Below are positions 1-9,671 of a stretch of DNA of 64,000 nt, one piece after another. The stretch spans positions 202,050-266,049 of the forward strand of contig CAYNRJ010000001.1 of the NCBI GenBank assembly GCA_964399865.1. The letters run 5' to 3'. The notes below the pieces were generated by a model, which worked only from the letters and a program-made list of their open reading frames with translations, was not told the origin of the DNA and did not search any database. Position 1 is the stretch's first letter. Every line of letters starts with the position of its first letter. The stretch is from an uncultured Candidatus Saccharibacteria bacterium (GTDB lineage Bacteria > Patescibacteriota > Minisyncoccia > Phycocordibacterales > UBA2100). The translations under genes were made by a program, and so were the position numbers.

Positions 1-488
1 TGTGAGAGACCGAACTCTTCGGCTTCACTCGTTTGCATTACCTTGCTGCGACGAAGCATTTGAGTAATAACTTCCATATCGTTTCCTGTTTCTGTAGCGA
101 GTATATATATCATTTTTTGATGTTCTCGTTTAAACACAGAAATCGCGTCTTCATGTAAGTGTATAGATGCCGTAGGATCGGTAATCGTGTATCTGCCTTC
201 TCGAAAAAAGAATTGGCACCCTTCTACAACTATTCGCTTCTTTCCGCCTAAAAATATCAAGGTTGCGGCTACATCCATTTCACCGAACGCAATCGTTTCC
301 ACTTCAATCGGAAGCGCTTTAAGGTACGTATATAAATTTATACCGGCTTCAATCTCACCACTTCCTGCAGCGATCAAAAATCGTAAATTCTTTACTGGTT
401 TTGAGTACAACTCATCATTGATCCATTTGATTGAATCTTGAACCTCCTTTTTATCAATATGACCTGTGAGTGCATGCCAGACTTCCAT
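1..488 (-). CDS. ClpP-fold protein, catalytic residues apparently absent (runs off window edge; not in ORF track)
   Basis: Manual translation from ATG at 488: MEVWHALTGHID...LRFLIAAGSGEIEAGINLYTYLKALPIEVETIAFGEMDVAATLIFLGGKKR...FFFREG...SEAEEFGLS, a ClpP-like pattern throughout. Confidence 0.75.
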   Translation of the reverse strand, partial: MEVWHALTGHIDKKEVQDSIKWINDELYSKPVKNLRFLIAAGSGEIEAGINLYTYLKALPIEVETIAFGEMDVAATLIFLGGKKRIVVEGCQFFFREGRYTITDPTASIHLHEDAISVFKREHQKMIYILATETGNDMEVITQMLRRSKVMQTSEAEEFGLS

Positions 489-598
489 GACGAATATATA
501 TAACGGACGATCCTGAATAAAGTGGCCTAATAAACCAGCCCGGACCAGTGAAGACTGAAGAGGGCGCCTCTCCTCAGTCTTCCTCCGCTACTCTCTAC

Positions 599-805
599 CT
601 AGGAATTGCGTTGATTTCCTTCTGAACCGCGATTTGACGAGTCTTCATAGTTACCTGAATCCATTCCGTCGCGAGAGCTGTTGGTGTTCTGCGAACCTTG
701 TCCTCTCGTGTCAGAATCGCGCTCGCTCGTTGTCTGTGAATTATCATTGTTTGTGCCACGTGCCTTTCGATTGGTGTCCTGGTTGTTCTGGTTGTTTTGT
801 GTCAT
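599..805 (-). CDS. Small hydrophilic N/Q/S/D-rich disordered protein
   Basis: 68 aa low-complexity ORF with an upstream repeat box and -10-like element. Confidence 0.6.
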   Translation of the reverse strand: MTQNNQNNQDTNRKARGTNNDNSQTTSERDSDTRGQGSQNTNSSRDGMDSGNYEDSSNRGSEGNQRNS

Positions 806-934
806 ATGTGATTTATTTTTTGTTTTCCTTTAAAAGTTAAACCTAGTAATGCCTCGACCACGTTATGTGTGTATTCTGCACGATCAACAGTGAAATTCTC
901 ATTAACGTGATCGAGCATTATGAGCTATTCACTT

Positions 935-1066
935 CTATCTATTGTTACCTCTCTTTCTCGAACTAGAACCGGATGAGCTACGAGAAGAGGAGGAAGAAGA
1001 GGATTCCCCTCTTCGACTGGAAGAAGAGCTGCTCCTTCTACTCCCGCTTGATCTTTTTTGTGTCAT
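935..1066 (-). CDS. Small Ser/Arg-rich disordered protein
   Basis: MTQKRSSGSRRSSSS...; same MTQ start and upstream box as the neighbouring small gene. Confidence 0.5.
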   Translation of the reverse strand: MTQKRSSGSRRSSSSSSRRGESSSSSSSRSSSGSSSRKRGNNR

Positions 1067-1236
1067 ATTTTTTAGGAAATAGGACATAGCGATGCTATTA
1101 ATCGACCTTGCATCATTATTCAAGTCGACAATGAAGTCGCGATTAAGATTCGCGACATCAGAATAAAAAATAGTTTTTGGATCGACGTTTCAGCAAAAAA
1201 TCAAAACCCGCATAAAGCGGGCCTTGATTATTACTG

Positions 1237-1307
1237 TGGACCTACGGGGAGTCGAACCCCGACCTGTTCCATGCCATGGAACCGTTCTACCGCTGAACTA
1301 TAGGCCC
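1237..1307 (-). tRNA. tRNA-Ala(GGC)
   Basis: Cloverleaf GGGCCTA...TAGGTCCA, G3:U70 pair, anticodon loop ATGGCAT, GTTCGAC T-loop. Confidence 0.95.
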
Positions 1308-1349
1308 GGTACGGGTTCGCAATATCCTAGCAAAAAACTATTCGGGACG

Positions 1350-1808
1350 TTAGTACACCTGCGGTGCACTGTCGTCCATCGCAGGAGGGTTTGCGACACA
1401 CTGTTTGAGTTCTGTCGTTTGCGTCCATCCGCACTTTCCGTCCGCCTGTGGCTCGCATGACGCTTCGCGGTAACACGCATACTCGGCTCGAAATTCACAG
1501 GTGGTAACAATATTGTTAGCTTCCTCTGCTGAAACGCAGAGCTGACTACTGCAACCTGCAACCGCACAACCATTCGCGACTATACTTCCACCCGTCTCTT
1601 CTGAAATATCTCTCACAAACGTCCGCCCATCCGGTGTGCGGCACTGCTCTGGATACGATTCCATAATTGGATACCCCGCTGCTGCGCATTCCTCGAAATT
1701 TGTTACAAGGACCGCCTCATCCGTTTGTATGGTCATAAACCATAGGATGCATCCGATGGTCACAACAAGGATAATTCCTAAAAGAATTGGCGATTTCATA
1801 TCATTCAT
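1350..1808 (-). CDS. Membrane-anchored Cys-rich surface protein
   Basis: N-terminal TM; FEECAAAGYPIMESYPEQC domain and GCSSQLC...C..CGW cysteine cluster. Confidence 0.75.
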   Translation of the reverse strand: MNDMKSPILLGIILVVTIGCILWFMTIQTDEAVLVTNFEECAAAGYPIMESYPEQCRTPDGRTFVRDISEETGGSIVANGCAVAGCSSQLCVSAEEANNIVTTCEFRAEYACYREASCEPQADGKCGWTQTTELKQCVANPPAMDDSAPQVY

Positions 1809-1865
1809 TGTAGCAGACGATGTAATCGCTTCCAGCTTTCACCAAATACATTAGAATGCGGTATT

Positions 1866-1937
1866 CCTCCCGTCGTTCAATGGATAGGATGGCCCCCTCC
1901 GAAGGGGCCGATGTAGGTTCGACTCCTGCCGGGAGGA
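1866..1937 (+). tRNA. tRNA-Arg(CCG)
   Basis: CCTCCCG...CGGGAGGA acceptor, anticodon loop CTCCGAA, GGTTCGACTCC. Confidence 0.95.
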
Positions 1938-2894
1938 CTAGTCAGTCTCGAAAAGCGCGCTCAGTGATTCCCCACTCTCGATACGATCTATTGCTTCAGC
2001 GAATGTAGCAGCGACTGATACGACTTCTATCTTTGATCCCAAATCTCTATTTTGCGAAATAGTATCTGTAATGAAAAGTTTCTTAATCTGTGAATTTTCT
2101 ATAGTCTTTACTGCATCTCCAGAAAGAATGCCGTGAGTCGTTGCAGCGTAGACTTCGCGAGCACCATTTTCCATAAGAAGAGACGCTGCACGCGCGAGAG
2201 TCCCGCACGTATCCGCCATGTCATCTATAATGAGCGCCACCTTCCCTTTTACGTCTCCGATCAATTTCATTCGAGCAACTTGATTTGGAATCTCACGCTC
2301 TTTGTGGATGATAGCGAGGTCCGCTTTCTTCATGAGGCGTTTTGCGTAAGACTGGGCGCGCACCACACCGCCGGCATCAGGAGAGACAACGACTAGATCA
2401 TCGGATGTAAGAGCCTCTTTAAAGGTCTTCCTGAAAAATTCGAGGAATACTGGGCGTGGGTATAAATAATCCACGTTCGCTGCTCGGAAGAACCCTCCTA
2501 TAGCATCGTTATGGAGCTCCATCGTAAGGATACGGTCTGCTCCCGCTGCTTCTACTGTTTCTGCAAACACGCGTGCGGAGATAGGCTCTCGTGGACGAGA
2601 TTTTCTGTCTTGTCTCGCGTATCCCATGTATGGAATAACAGCGGTGATTTCATGAGCAGAAGCACCCTGCGCAGCATCGATGGCGAGAAGAAGTCGTATC
2701 CAGTTCTCTGCTGGAGGATTTGTCGGTTGAATGAGAAATACGTTCTTGCCGCGAAGGTTTTCGAGGAATTGGACGTGCTGTTCGCCGTCTGCAAAAGATC
2801 GGCATTTGATCTGCCCAAGCGACACGCCGAGAGAGGCCGCAATCTTCTCTGCCAATTGGTCATTCGAACCGAGGCTGAAAACGCGGTATTCCAT
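1938..2894 (-). CDS. prs: Ribose-phosphate pyrophosphokinase
   Basis: PYMGYARQDRK, VVSPDAGG and IIDDMADTCGT motifs. Confidence 0.97.
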   Translation of the reverse strand: MEYRVFSLGSNDQLAEKIAASLGVSLGQIKCRSFADGEQHVQFLENLRGKNVFLIQPTNPPAENWIRLLLAIDAAQGASAHEITAVIPYMGYARQDRKSRPREPISARVFAETVEAAGADRILTMELHNDAIGGFFRAANVDYLYPRPVFLEFFRKTFKEALTSDDLVVVSPDAGGVVRAQSYAKRLMKKADLAIIHKEREIPNQVARMKLIGDVKGKVALIIDDMADTCGTLARAASLLMENGAREVYAATTHGILSGDAVKTIENSQIKKLFITDTISQNRDLGSKIEVVSVAATFAEAIDRIESGESLSALFETD

Positions 2895-2955
2895 TGAGTT
2901 CAGATTATACCAGAGAAATTAGGAAATGTGGAGTTCTCCCCAACCCGCGTATTTT

Positions 2956-3104
2956 TGGTGGACCTATTGAGAATCGCCCGCGCCTCTCGGCTCGCCGTCG
3001 CTCGCCTCGGGCTGGGCACCGCCTCGCGACTCGGCCTACTGGCCTCGTATCGCTCCGGCGTTCGATTCTCTAACAGAGGCAAATAAATTTGCCTCTTTAT
3101 GTTG
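2956..3104 (-). repeat. Duplicated tRNA-Ala 3' end with GC-rich hairpin insert (minimal tRNA-integrated element or scar)
   Basis: 2956-2976 repeats the tRNA 3' end and ends in CCA; inverted T-arm copy and hairpin in between. Confidence 0.65.
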
Positions 3105-3175
3105 TGGACCTATCGAGAATCGAACTCGAGACTGTGCAATGCGAATGCACCGGTATACCACTTACCTATAGGCCC
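3105..3175 (-). tRNA. tRNA-Ala(CGC)
   Basis: GGGCCTA acceptor, G3:U70 pair, anticodon loop TTCGCAT. Confidence 0.93.
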
Positions 3176-3226
3176 TCATATGTTCCGCAATACTATACTA
3201 CGACTCCTCGTCTGAAAGTTCTTTTA

Positions 3227-3297
3227 TCGGGCTGCTGGGAATCGAACCCAGTCTACACGAACCCGAATCGTGCGTACTACCGGTATACTACAGCCCG
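3227..3297 (-). tRNA. tRNA-Pro(CGG)
   Basis: CGGGCTG acceptor, anticodon loop TTCGGGT. Confidence 0.93.
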
Positions 3298-3335
3298 AAA
3301 ACACCTCCAGCCGAAAATAGCATCGTATTTTCGGG

Positions 3336-3409
3336 TGCACCTTTCAGGATTCGAACCTGAGACCTTTCGAATGTGAATCGAACGCTCTAACCAACTGAGC
3401 TAAAGGTGC
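3336..3409 (-). tRNA. tRNA-Val(CAC)
   Basis: GCACCTT acceptor, TAGCTCAGTTGGTTAGAGC D-arm, anticodon loop TTCACAT. Confidence 0.95.
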
Positions 3410-3656
3410 GTGCGGGAGATTATCTCTCAAAATATCCGTAAAACAAGACGTGACTTTACTCGCTTAATACTGGGTGCTAGCTTCATACATAGCGCAATCA
3501 CGGAGGTTCTGCACAAATGCGTTCGTATCTGGACTATCTCGAGGAAAAAAGGCGTGCGAAACGCCGCAAGGACAGGCTGATTAACTGGGGGACGGCAATC
3601 GGCTTCCTGGCACTCATCGTAGGAATCGCCTACCTCATCGGCAAGGGAAAAGGAGA

Positions 3657-3926
3657 TTGGTGATGCAGCCCATCCCTTCCACTGACTCGATCTGGGATGA
3701 CCCGGCGGAGCCGCGTACAATGGCGCCGCTAGCGAGAGCTCATCCCGAGCTCGCACCCCGACCCACGGTGAGTGAGGAGGTCGAAGAACTCACCCTGGAG
3801 CAGCGCCTCTCCGAGGATCCCAGCAAGATCGAAACGCCCAGGGGCGCTGCTCGCATCTTCCTGTGGGTCTGCGTAGCACTCGTAATCGCCGCGATCTGGA
3901 TCTTCGGACCAGGGCTCGCGGAGTAG
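3657..3926 (+). CDS. Small C-terminally anchored membrane protein
   Basis: AAGGAG RBS, C-terminal TM helix, downstream hairpin. Confidence 0.6.
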   Translation: MVMQPIPSTDSIWDDPAEPRTMAPLARAHPELAPRPTVSEEVEELTLEQRLSEDPSKIETPRGAARIFLWVCVALVIAAIWIFGPGLAE

Positions 3927-3949
3927 ATCGTGATGCGAGTTCCAAAAGC

Positions 3950-3990
3950 GAAGGGCCGCCCGACGAGTGTCGCGGGCGGCCCTTCTTCTT
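3950..3990. terminator. Probable bidirectional intrinsic terminator
   Basis: GAAGGGCCGCCCG...CGGGCGGCCCTTC hairpin between convergent genes. Confidence 0.7.
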
Positions 3991-3994
3991 ACAA

Positions 3995-4465
3995 TTATTT
4001 GATGTTTACAATCTTGTATTTCTGCATTCCCTTCGGAGTCTCAAACGAGAAGAGGTCCCCTTTTTTCTTTTCCATGAGGGCTGAGCCGAGCGGAGAGAGG
4101 TGAGAGATCTTGTGTTCCTGCATGTTTGCTTCGGCGCTTCCCACTATCTCGTATGAGTGCTCTTCCTTTTCACCCTGCTTCTGTATGGTGACAATACTTC
4201 CGAGACTTACTGTATTCCCTTTCGGATGTTCAATAATGCGAGCGTGTGAAAGCTGCTCTTCAACGTTTCGGATACGGTCTTCGGTTGCGGCCTGGAGATT
4301 ACGCGCTTCTTCATACTCAGCATTCTCTGAGAGGTCTCCGAGTGAGCGAGCGTATTCAAGCTGTTCCGCGATCTCGCGGCGACGCACAGTCTTCAAGTGT
4401 TCTAGTTCGGCGGTAAGTTCGTCGAATTTTTCCTTGCTGAGGTAATTTGTATCTTCAGGGACCAT
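3995..4465 (-). CDS. greA: Transcription elongation factor GreA
   Basis: GDLSENAEY and ISHLSPLGSAL motifs; start placed at MVPEDTNY. Confidence 0.97.
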   Translation of the reverse strand: MVPEDTNYLSKEKFDELTAELEHLKTVRRREIAEQLEYARSLGDLSENAEYEEARNLQAATEDRIRNVEEQLSHARIIEHPKGNTVSLGSIVTIQKQGEKEEHSYEIVGSAEANMQEHKISHLSPLGSALMEKKKGDLFSFETPKGMQKYKIVNIK

Positions 4466-4521
4466 ATATGGATGTCGCGCGGCATTATACCTTGGGCTTA
4501 ACAATAAGAGCAAGTGAATAG

Positions 4522-6252
4522 CTACTTGACGTACTCTGGTTTCTCGGTCACAAGCCATTCGAAGAAGGGGCGAAGGCCAGGAGCCGCCCCTGAGAGCGTT
4601 CCCGCTGGAGCTCGCTCCAAGACAACTGCATACGCATACTTTGGATTATCGCTCGGCCAGTATCCTACAGACCAGGAGTTCATCCATTGATTGCGTGATC
4701 CAATTTCTGCGGTGCCTGTTTTTGCGGCAATGCTAACGCCCGCAATATTGAGCGACTTCACTGTCGCGTCTGTCCTTTGAGAAGTGACGGCAAGTCGCAT
4801 TCCCTCTCGTACCACTTGCAAATGATCATCTGAGATGCCCACCTCAGTGTATGTAGGTCGTGCGCCTCTTACCACTTGAGGAACGAGTAGCTTTCCACCA
4901 TTTGCTATTGCCGCCGTAAAACGTACTGCTTGGAGCGGCGTTACTTGGAATCCGTACTGCCCAATAGAGGTGTGGTAGGTGTTTCCAAGTCTCCAAGGAT
5001 CGTCTGCGCCGAATACTTTTTCTTTCCACGCAGGCGTCGGGATAACTCCCGCCTCTTCACCGAGTAGTGCGATTCCCGTAGGAATTCCCAGACCAAACCG
5101 TGTCGAATATTCATCGATCTTTGCGATTCCAAGACCTTTTTGTGTCCCGTATCCCCCGCCGATCGTATAGAAATACTCGTCGGACGAAACAGCGAGCGCA
5201 GTCCTCATGTCAACGAGGCCGTGCACTGTCCAGTCTCTAAAAATGGAAGGCTGATCAGGATTGTAAGGATTCGGGATAGTGATCGCGCCAGTTGAAAGAA
5301 TTTCCTTTTCAGGACTGATGATGTTCTCAGCGAGGGCGGCGGCGGCAAAGATTGGCTTCAAGATAGAACCGGGCGCATATAGTCCGGCGACTGCGCGGTT
5401 AAGCAGCGGTGTTCTTTCATCAACAGAGGCTGCCCCAACAACTTTTGAATCCCCTTCTGTAAACGCAACGTTGTCATACTCAGGGAAACTAGTGAGCGCA
5501 AGCAGCTCGCCTGTCTTTACATCCATGATGACTGCAGCGCCGCCGACAAATCCTTGTGCATGCGCATGTGCTGATAAAAGTGAATAGAGCTTACTTTGAA
5601 TCTCAGCATCAATTGAAAGCGTCACGTCAGTTCCATTTTGTGGAGGCGCAACTATATTTTGACGTTCAACGACTCCACGAGCATTCGTTTCGGTCATACT
5701 ACTTCCATTCACGCCGGAAAGCCCAGTATTGAAGACAAGCTCCACCCCTGATACTCCACTATATTCCTCACGCCACCATGTCCCGCTTTGGTCCGCCTTT
5801 GGATAGCGAACAAAGCCGAGAATGTGTGAGAGCCCCGGCATGTCGGCGTATCGCCGTAGCGCGAATGTGGATGTCGTAGCAGAACTGACTGTTGTAGATG
5901 CATCCCCGAGAGGTAATTCATTCCATGCCAATTCCTCCCCTGTGCGGTCGAATATGATGCCGCGCGAAGCAAATACAACTGAGCGATCAAGGCGATTATT
6001 TCTTGAGATATCCGCGTAGGTCGCACCATGCACTACTTCGAGATAAAACGCTCGTGCGGAAAAGATGATAAGGATCAGAGTGAATATAAGACCAATACCG
6101 AAAAGTGCTTTCTGCGACACGGAGCGAACAACGCGGCCTTCAAACTGATCCTCGTTCCTTCCGGGCAAATTTGATGAGTCGAGGAATATATCTTCCGGCG
6201 CTATTTCATGCACCCTGTTCCTATTTCTAAAACCTCCACCAAAAGTCATCAT
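4522..6252 (-). CDS. mrdA: Penicillin-binding protein 2 (class B transpeptidase)
   Basis: SILK, SSD and KTGT motifs, N-terminal TM, downstream of mreBC. Confidence 0.9.
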   Translation of the reverse strand: MMTFGGGFRNRNRVHEIAPEDIFLDSSNLPGRNEDQFEGRVVRSVSQKALFGIGLIFTLILIIFSARAFYLEVVHGATYADISRNNRLDRSVVFASRGIIFDRTGEELAWNELPLGDASTTVSSATTSTFALRRYADMPGLSHILGFVRYPKADQSGTWWREEYSGVSGVELVFNTGLSGVNGSSMTETNARGVVERQNIVAPPQNGTDVTLSIDAEIQSKLYSLLSAHAHAQGFVGGAAVIMDVKTGELLALTSFPEYDNVAFTEGDSKVVGAASVDERTPLLNRAVAGLYAPGSILKPIFAAAALAENIISPEKEILSTGAITIPNPYNPDQPSIFRDWTVHGLVDMRTALAVSSDEYFYTIGGGYGTQKGLGIAKIDEYSTRFGLGIPTGIALLGEEAGVIPTPAWKEKVFGADDPWRLGNTYHTSIGQYGFQVTPLQAVRFTAAIANGGKLLVPQVVRGARPTYTEVGISDDHLQVVREGMRLAVTSQRTDATVKSLNIAGVSIAAKTGTAEIGSRNQWMNSWSVGYWPSDNPKYAYAVVLERAPAGTLSGAAPGLRPFFEWLVTEKPEYVK

Positions 6253-6515
6253 ACGAGGAATTCATTACGAAGCGGCTCAAGTCCCCACACCAGTATGATC
6301 GATGCGATTGTAAATAGTGGGAGTGGATAGAAAAAAGAGCCGGGCAACCAGAGAAAATCCATCATGAGGCCGATAACAGGCACTTCCCACGCGCGAAAGC
6401 GAAGCGCAAGAACCGCAACAGCAATAAGCGGTACCCACGGTGGTGCAAAGATCGTACCCAATAAACCAATGACTCCCACACTTATGCGGAACGTTGTCTT
6501 ATTGAGTAAAGACAT
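6249..6515 (-). CDS. Small membrane protein in the mreD position
   Basis: Hydrophobic ~88 aa ORF overlapping mreC and PBP2. Confidence 0.6.
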   Translation of the reverse strand: MSLLNKTTFRISVGVIGLLGTIFAPPWVPLIAVAVLALRFRAWEVPVIGLMMDFLWLPGSFFYPLPLFTIASIILVWGLEPLRNEFLV

Positions 6516-7296
6516 AGACAAATCGTACGTCGTACATACTGACAGGGAGATTGGCGAATACTTTCGTGGACGCTCCGCTCTTATCCTCTTCGGTCTTTCC
6601 AACAACGCCGATAGCCCGTCCGCCGTCCGTCGGAGAAACGATTGGGTCGCCTACTTTAATTTCTGCTCCACGTGGCGCATCCCCTTGCGCTTGGCCGCCG
6701 CCATGACCGTCAAAAAGAATACTGACGCCGTTTACCACCCCTTCGATTGACGCATCCGGAGCGAATAGTTCTCGTACGATCGATATATCTGCATCGGCTC
6801 GGCTGATTCGTCCGACAATAAACCCAGTGGACGAATCTCCGACCATGACGAGATCTCCCTCCTTAACTCCGTGAGACGTCCCCGCACCTATGAGAAACGT
6901 TCCATACGGAGATGCGCGGAATGAGGATACTATCCGCGCCGTAACACCCTCTGTATCGGCGACCATTCTCGTGATCGCTCGTAATTCATCATTCTCTTTT
7001 TTTAAAAATTCGAACGCGGCAGCTCGCAACCGTATTTCTGTTAACTCATTGCGGAGCACTGCGTTCTCATTCTCGAGACCACGACGAGTCGATAGTACCC
7101 CACTTCCCTTAATAGATTGCCCAGCTCCCGCAACAGCGCTCCAAACGCTAACTGCACCACTTTGGATCAAACCTCGTATGTAGCCGCCGGAAACACCGTC
7201 AACTAAAAAAGCGACCACGACAAAGACGGTCGCAGCTATAAGTCGGCGTCTTCCCTTTCGCCCGCTGACATTATTCGGTCGGTACGAGTTCATCAT
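6499..7296 (-). CDS. mreC: Rod shape-determining protein MreC
   Basis: TM, coiled coil (ENDELR), beta domain; follows mreB. Confidence 0.9.
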   Translation of the reverse strand: MMNSYRPNNVSGRKGRRRLIAATVFVVVAFLVDGVSGGYIRGLIQSGAVSVWSAVAGAGQSIKGSGVLSTRRGLENENAVLRNELTEIRLRAAAFEFLKKENDELRAITRMVADTEGVTARIVSSFRASPYGTFLIGAGTSHGVKEGDLVMVGDSSTGFIVGRISRADADISIVRELFAPDASIEGVVNGVSILFDGHGGGQAQGDAPRGAEIKVGDPIVSPTDGGRAIGVVGKTEEDKSGASTKVFANLPVSMYDVRFVYVFTQ

Positions 7297-8356
7297 CGTG
7301 TTTTACAAGAGCCTCTCGATACGTATCAATATCAGAAAGAATAATGCCAGTGCCGCGAACAACGGCAGTTAGTGGATCCGGTGCGACGATGACCGGGACA
7401 CCTAGGGATGCGGCAAGAAATTCGGGCAAACCACGGATAAGTGCGCCGCCCCCCGCGAGATAAATACCTCGCTGCATAACGTCGGCGAGAATTTCAGGTG
7501 GAGTTGATTCCAGTACATCTTTCACGGCCTCAATGAGCTCTTCAATAGAGTGCCCAATCGCATTCCGCACGTCATGATCAGAAATTATCATTTCGCGTGG
7601 TAATCCTGTGACAACATCACGGCCCCGTGCCAGAGTTTCCATTCTCTCTCGCGAAGGGTTCACCGCTGCGATCGCTATTTTAATATCCTCGGCGGTCTTT
7701 ACTCCGATGAGAAGCTTAAATTCATTGCGTACATGACTAATGATGTCCGCATTGAAACGATCTCCAGCGATTCGGACATTGCGCGCCTTTACGATTCCTC
7801 CGAGAGAAATAATACCTATGTCGGTTGTGCCGCCCCCGATATCGACAACCATCGAACCTCTCGGTTCGTGTACAGGAAGTTCGATCCCGATCGCAGCTGC
7901 AAGTGGCTCTTCAATTATGTGTACTTCGCGAGCACCAGCTCCACGGGCTGCATCGCGCACAGCGCGCACTTCAACGGAAGTAATTCCAGATGGAACACCG
8001 ACCGCAACTCGAGGACCTAGAAGAGTCGTATGCCCATGCTGCGCTTTACCAATAAGATACGAGAGCATCTCCGATGTTATCTCGAAGTCGGAAATTACAC
8101 CGTCAACAACTGGCTGCAGAGCTTGAATGTGCGCAGGTGTGCGACCGAGCATGTCTTTTGCTTGCTGACCAACAGCGACCACCTGGCCCGTTTTCTGATT
8201 TACCGCAACTATTGAAGGCTCGTTTATGACAATACCGCGGCCTTTTACGTGCACGAGAGTGTTCGCCGTGCCGAGATCGATGCCGATATCGTTTGAAAAG
8301 AGTCCGAGTATCCGCTCTTTATAGGCTCGCCATCTTTGTTTGAATCCCTTTTTCAT
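7271..8356 (-). CDS. mreB: Rod shape-determining protein MreB
   Basis: IGIDLGTAN, VDIGGGTT and LAGGGALI motifs. Confidence 0.97.
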   Translation of the reverse strand: MKKGFKQRWRAYKERILGLFSNDIGIDLGTANTLVHVKGRGIVINEPSIVAVNQKTGQVVAVGQQAKDMLGRTPAHIQALQPVVDGVISDFEITSEMLSYLIGKAQHGHTTLLGPRVAVGVPSGITSVEVRAVRDAARGAGAREVHIIEEPLAAAIGIELPVHEPRGSMVVDIGGGTTDIGIISLGGIVKARNVRIAGDRFNADIISHVRNEFKLLIGVKTAEDIKIAIAAVNPSRERMETLARGRDVVTGLPREMIISDHDVRNAIGHSIEELIEAVKDVLESTPPEILADVMQRGIYLAGGGALIRGLPEFLAASLGVPVIVAPDPLTAVVRGTGIILSDIDTYREALVKHDDELVPTE

Positions 8357-8374
8357 GTTGGTTGCTCCGTTCCA

Positions 8375-9628
8375 TTATTTCTTTAAGTGCTCAACGATGC
8401 GACTCTCTGGGATAAGCGTCCCTGCTCCATTCCCTCGCGCTGTAACCTCAACGCCCCCTGCTGCCATTGTCTTTTCAGAGACGACTACTCGCATAGGGAT
8501 GCCAATGAGCTCGGCATCAGCGAATTTCTCTCCTGCACGAGTATCGCGATCATCATAGAGCGCCTCTACTCCATTCTCTTTCAGCAATTCGTACAATTTG
8601 TCCGCCTCTTTGACGACCTCAGCGTTTCCTCCGGTGATAGAAATAAGATGCACTGGAAAAGGTGCAACTTCTTTAGGCCAAATAATCCCCTTGTCGTCAG
8701 AAAGCGTTTCAACAACTGTGCCAAGAAGTCGTCCGGGGCCAATACCGTAACAACCCATGATGACCGATTTACTTTCGCCATTTTCATCCTTGAATTTGAG
8801 AGCGAGCGCATCCGAAAAGCGCGTACCGAGCGAGAATATATTCCCGACCTCGATCGCCTTTTTCTCGACTAATTCCTCGCGTTTTATTCCAAGATCCGTA
8901 AGCACAGCATCTTCGAGCACCTCTTTGTTTACCGCCATGCGCTTACCTTCGTGTACGTAGATCAGATCCTCTCCTGCGTCACAGACTGTCTGGAACTCAT
9001 GGCTATACTTCGAGAACGCGCCGCCCGACGCGAACGTGCGGTATGTTTTATCGCCAATTCCTGTCCGCGCATATATTTTTTCATACGCACCGGAGATCTT
9101 CTCGTAGATTCCTTGATGCTCTTCGTTCGTTCGCGCGAAGGAATACATATCCTTCATGATGAATTCGCGCGTGCGCATAATGCCTGACTTTGCACGTGTC
9201 TCGTTGCGGAACTTGTTCTGGAATTGATATGCGGAAAATGGCAAATCTCGATACGAAGAAACGAATTTCTCAGCGATCGAAGTAATATCTTCTTCATGCG
9301 TCCAACCAAAGCCGACCTCGCCGCCAGATTTAAATTCGCTTTTGAACCACACGTCCACATTCTTGTCGCTCCAACGATCCGTCTTCTTCCAAAGCTCAGG
9401 ATCCTGAAGCGAACTCATGAGAACTTCCTGACCACCAACAGCATTCATCTCTTCGCGAATGATGTTCGTAATATTGTTGAGTACTCGCAGTCCAAGCGGC
9501 AGATATGAATAGACACCCGCCATTTCTTTATGGATGAATCCGCCTCGGATCAGGAGCTGAGCGTTTTTCGATACCTCATCTTTCGGAGCGTCCTTTCTTG
9601 TTCGAGTGAATAGTTGTGATTGCCTCAT
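8375..9628 (-). CDS. proS: Proline--tRNA ligase (short form without editing domain)
   Basis: MRQSQLF start, KFRNETR...IMRTREFIMKD and MGCYGIG motifs. Confidence 0.95.
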   Translation of the reverse strand: MRQSQLFTRTRKDAPKDEVSKNAQLLIRGGFIHKEMAGVYSYLPLGLRVLNNITNIIREEMNAVGGQEVLMSSLQDPELWKKTDRWSDKNVDVWFKSEFKSGGEVGFGWTHEEDITSIAEKFVSSYRDLPFSAYQFQNKFRNETRAKSGIMRTREFIMKDMYSFARTNEEHQGIYEKISGAYEKIYARTGIGDKTYRTFASGGAFSKYSHEFQTVCDAGEDLIYVHEGKRMAVNKEVLEDAVLTDLGIKREELVEKKAIEVGNIFSLGTRFSDALALKFKDENGESKSVIMGCYGIGPGRLLGTVVETLSDDKGIIWPKEVAPFPVHLISITGGNAEVVKEADKLYELLKENGVEALYDDRDTRAGEKFADAELIGIPMRVVVSEKTMAAGGVEVTARGNGAGTLIPESRIVEHLKK

Positions 9629-9671
9629 TACAACTATTGTACGGCCCAAATGTTAAAAGCCAAAATTTGGC

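Noticed and set aside
2900-3376. ORFs 2900-3082 and 3089-3376
   Set aside because: They overlap tRNA genes and the tRNA-associated repeat.
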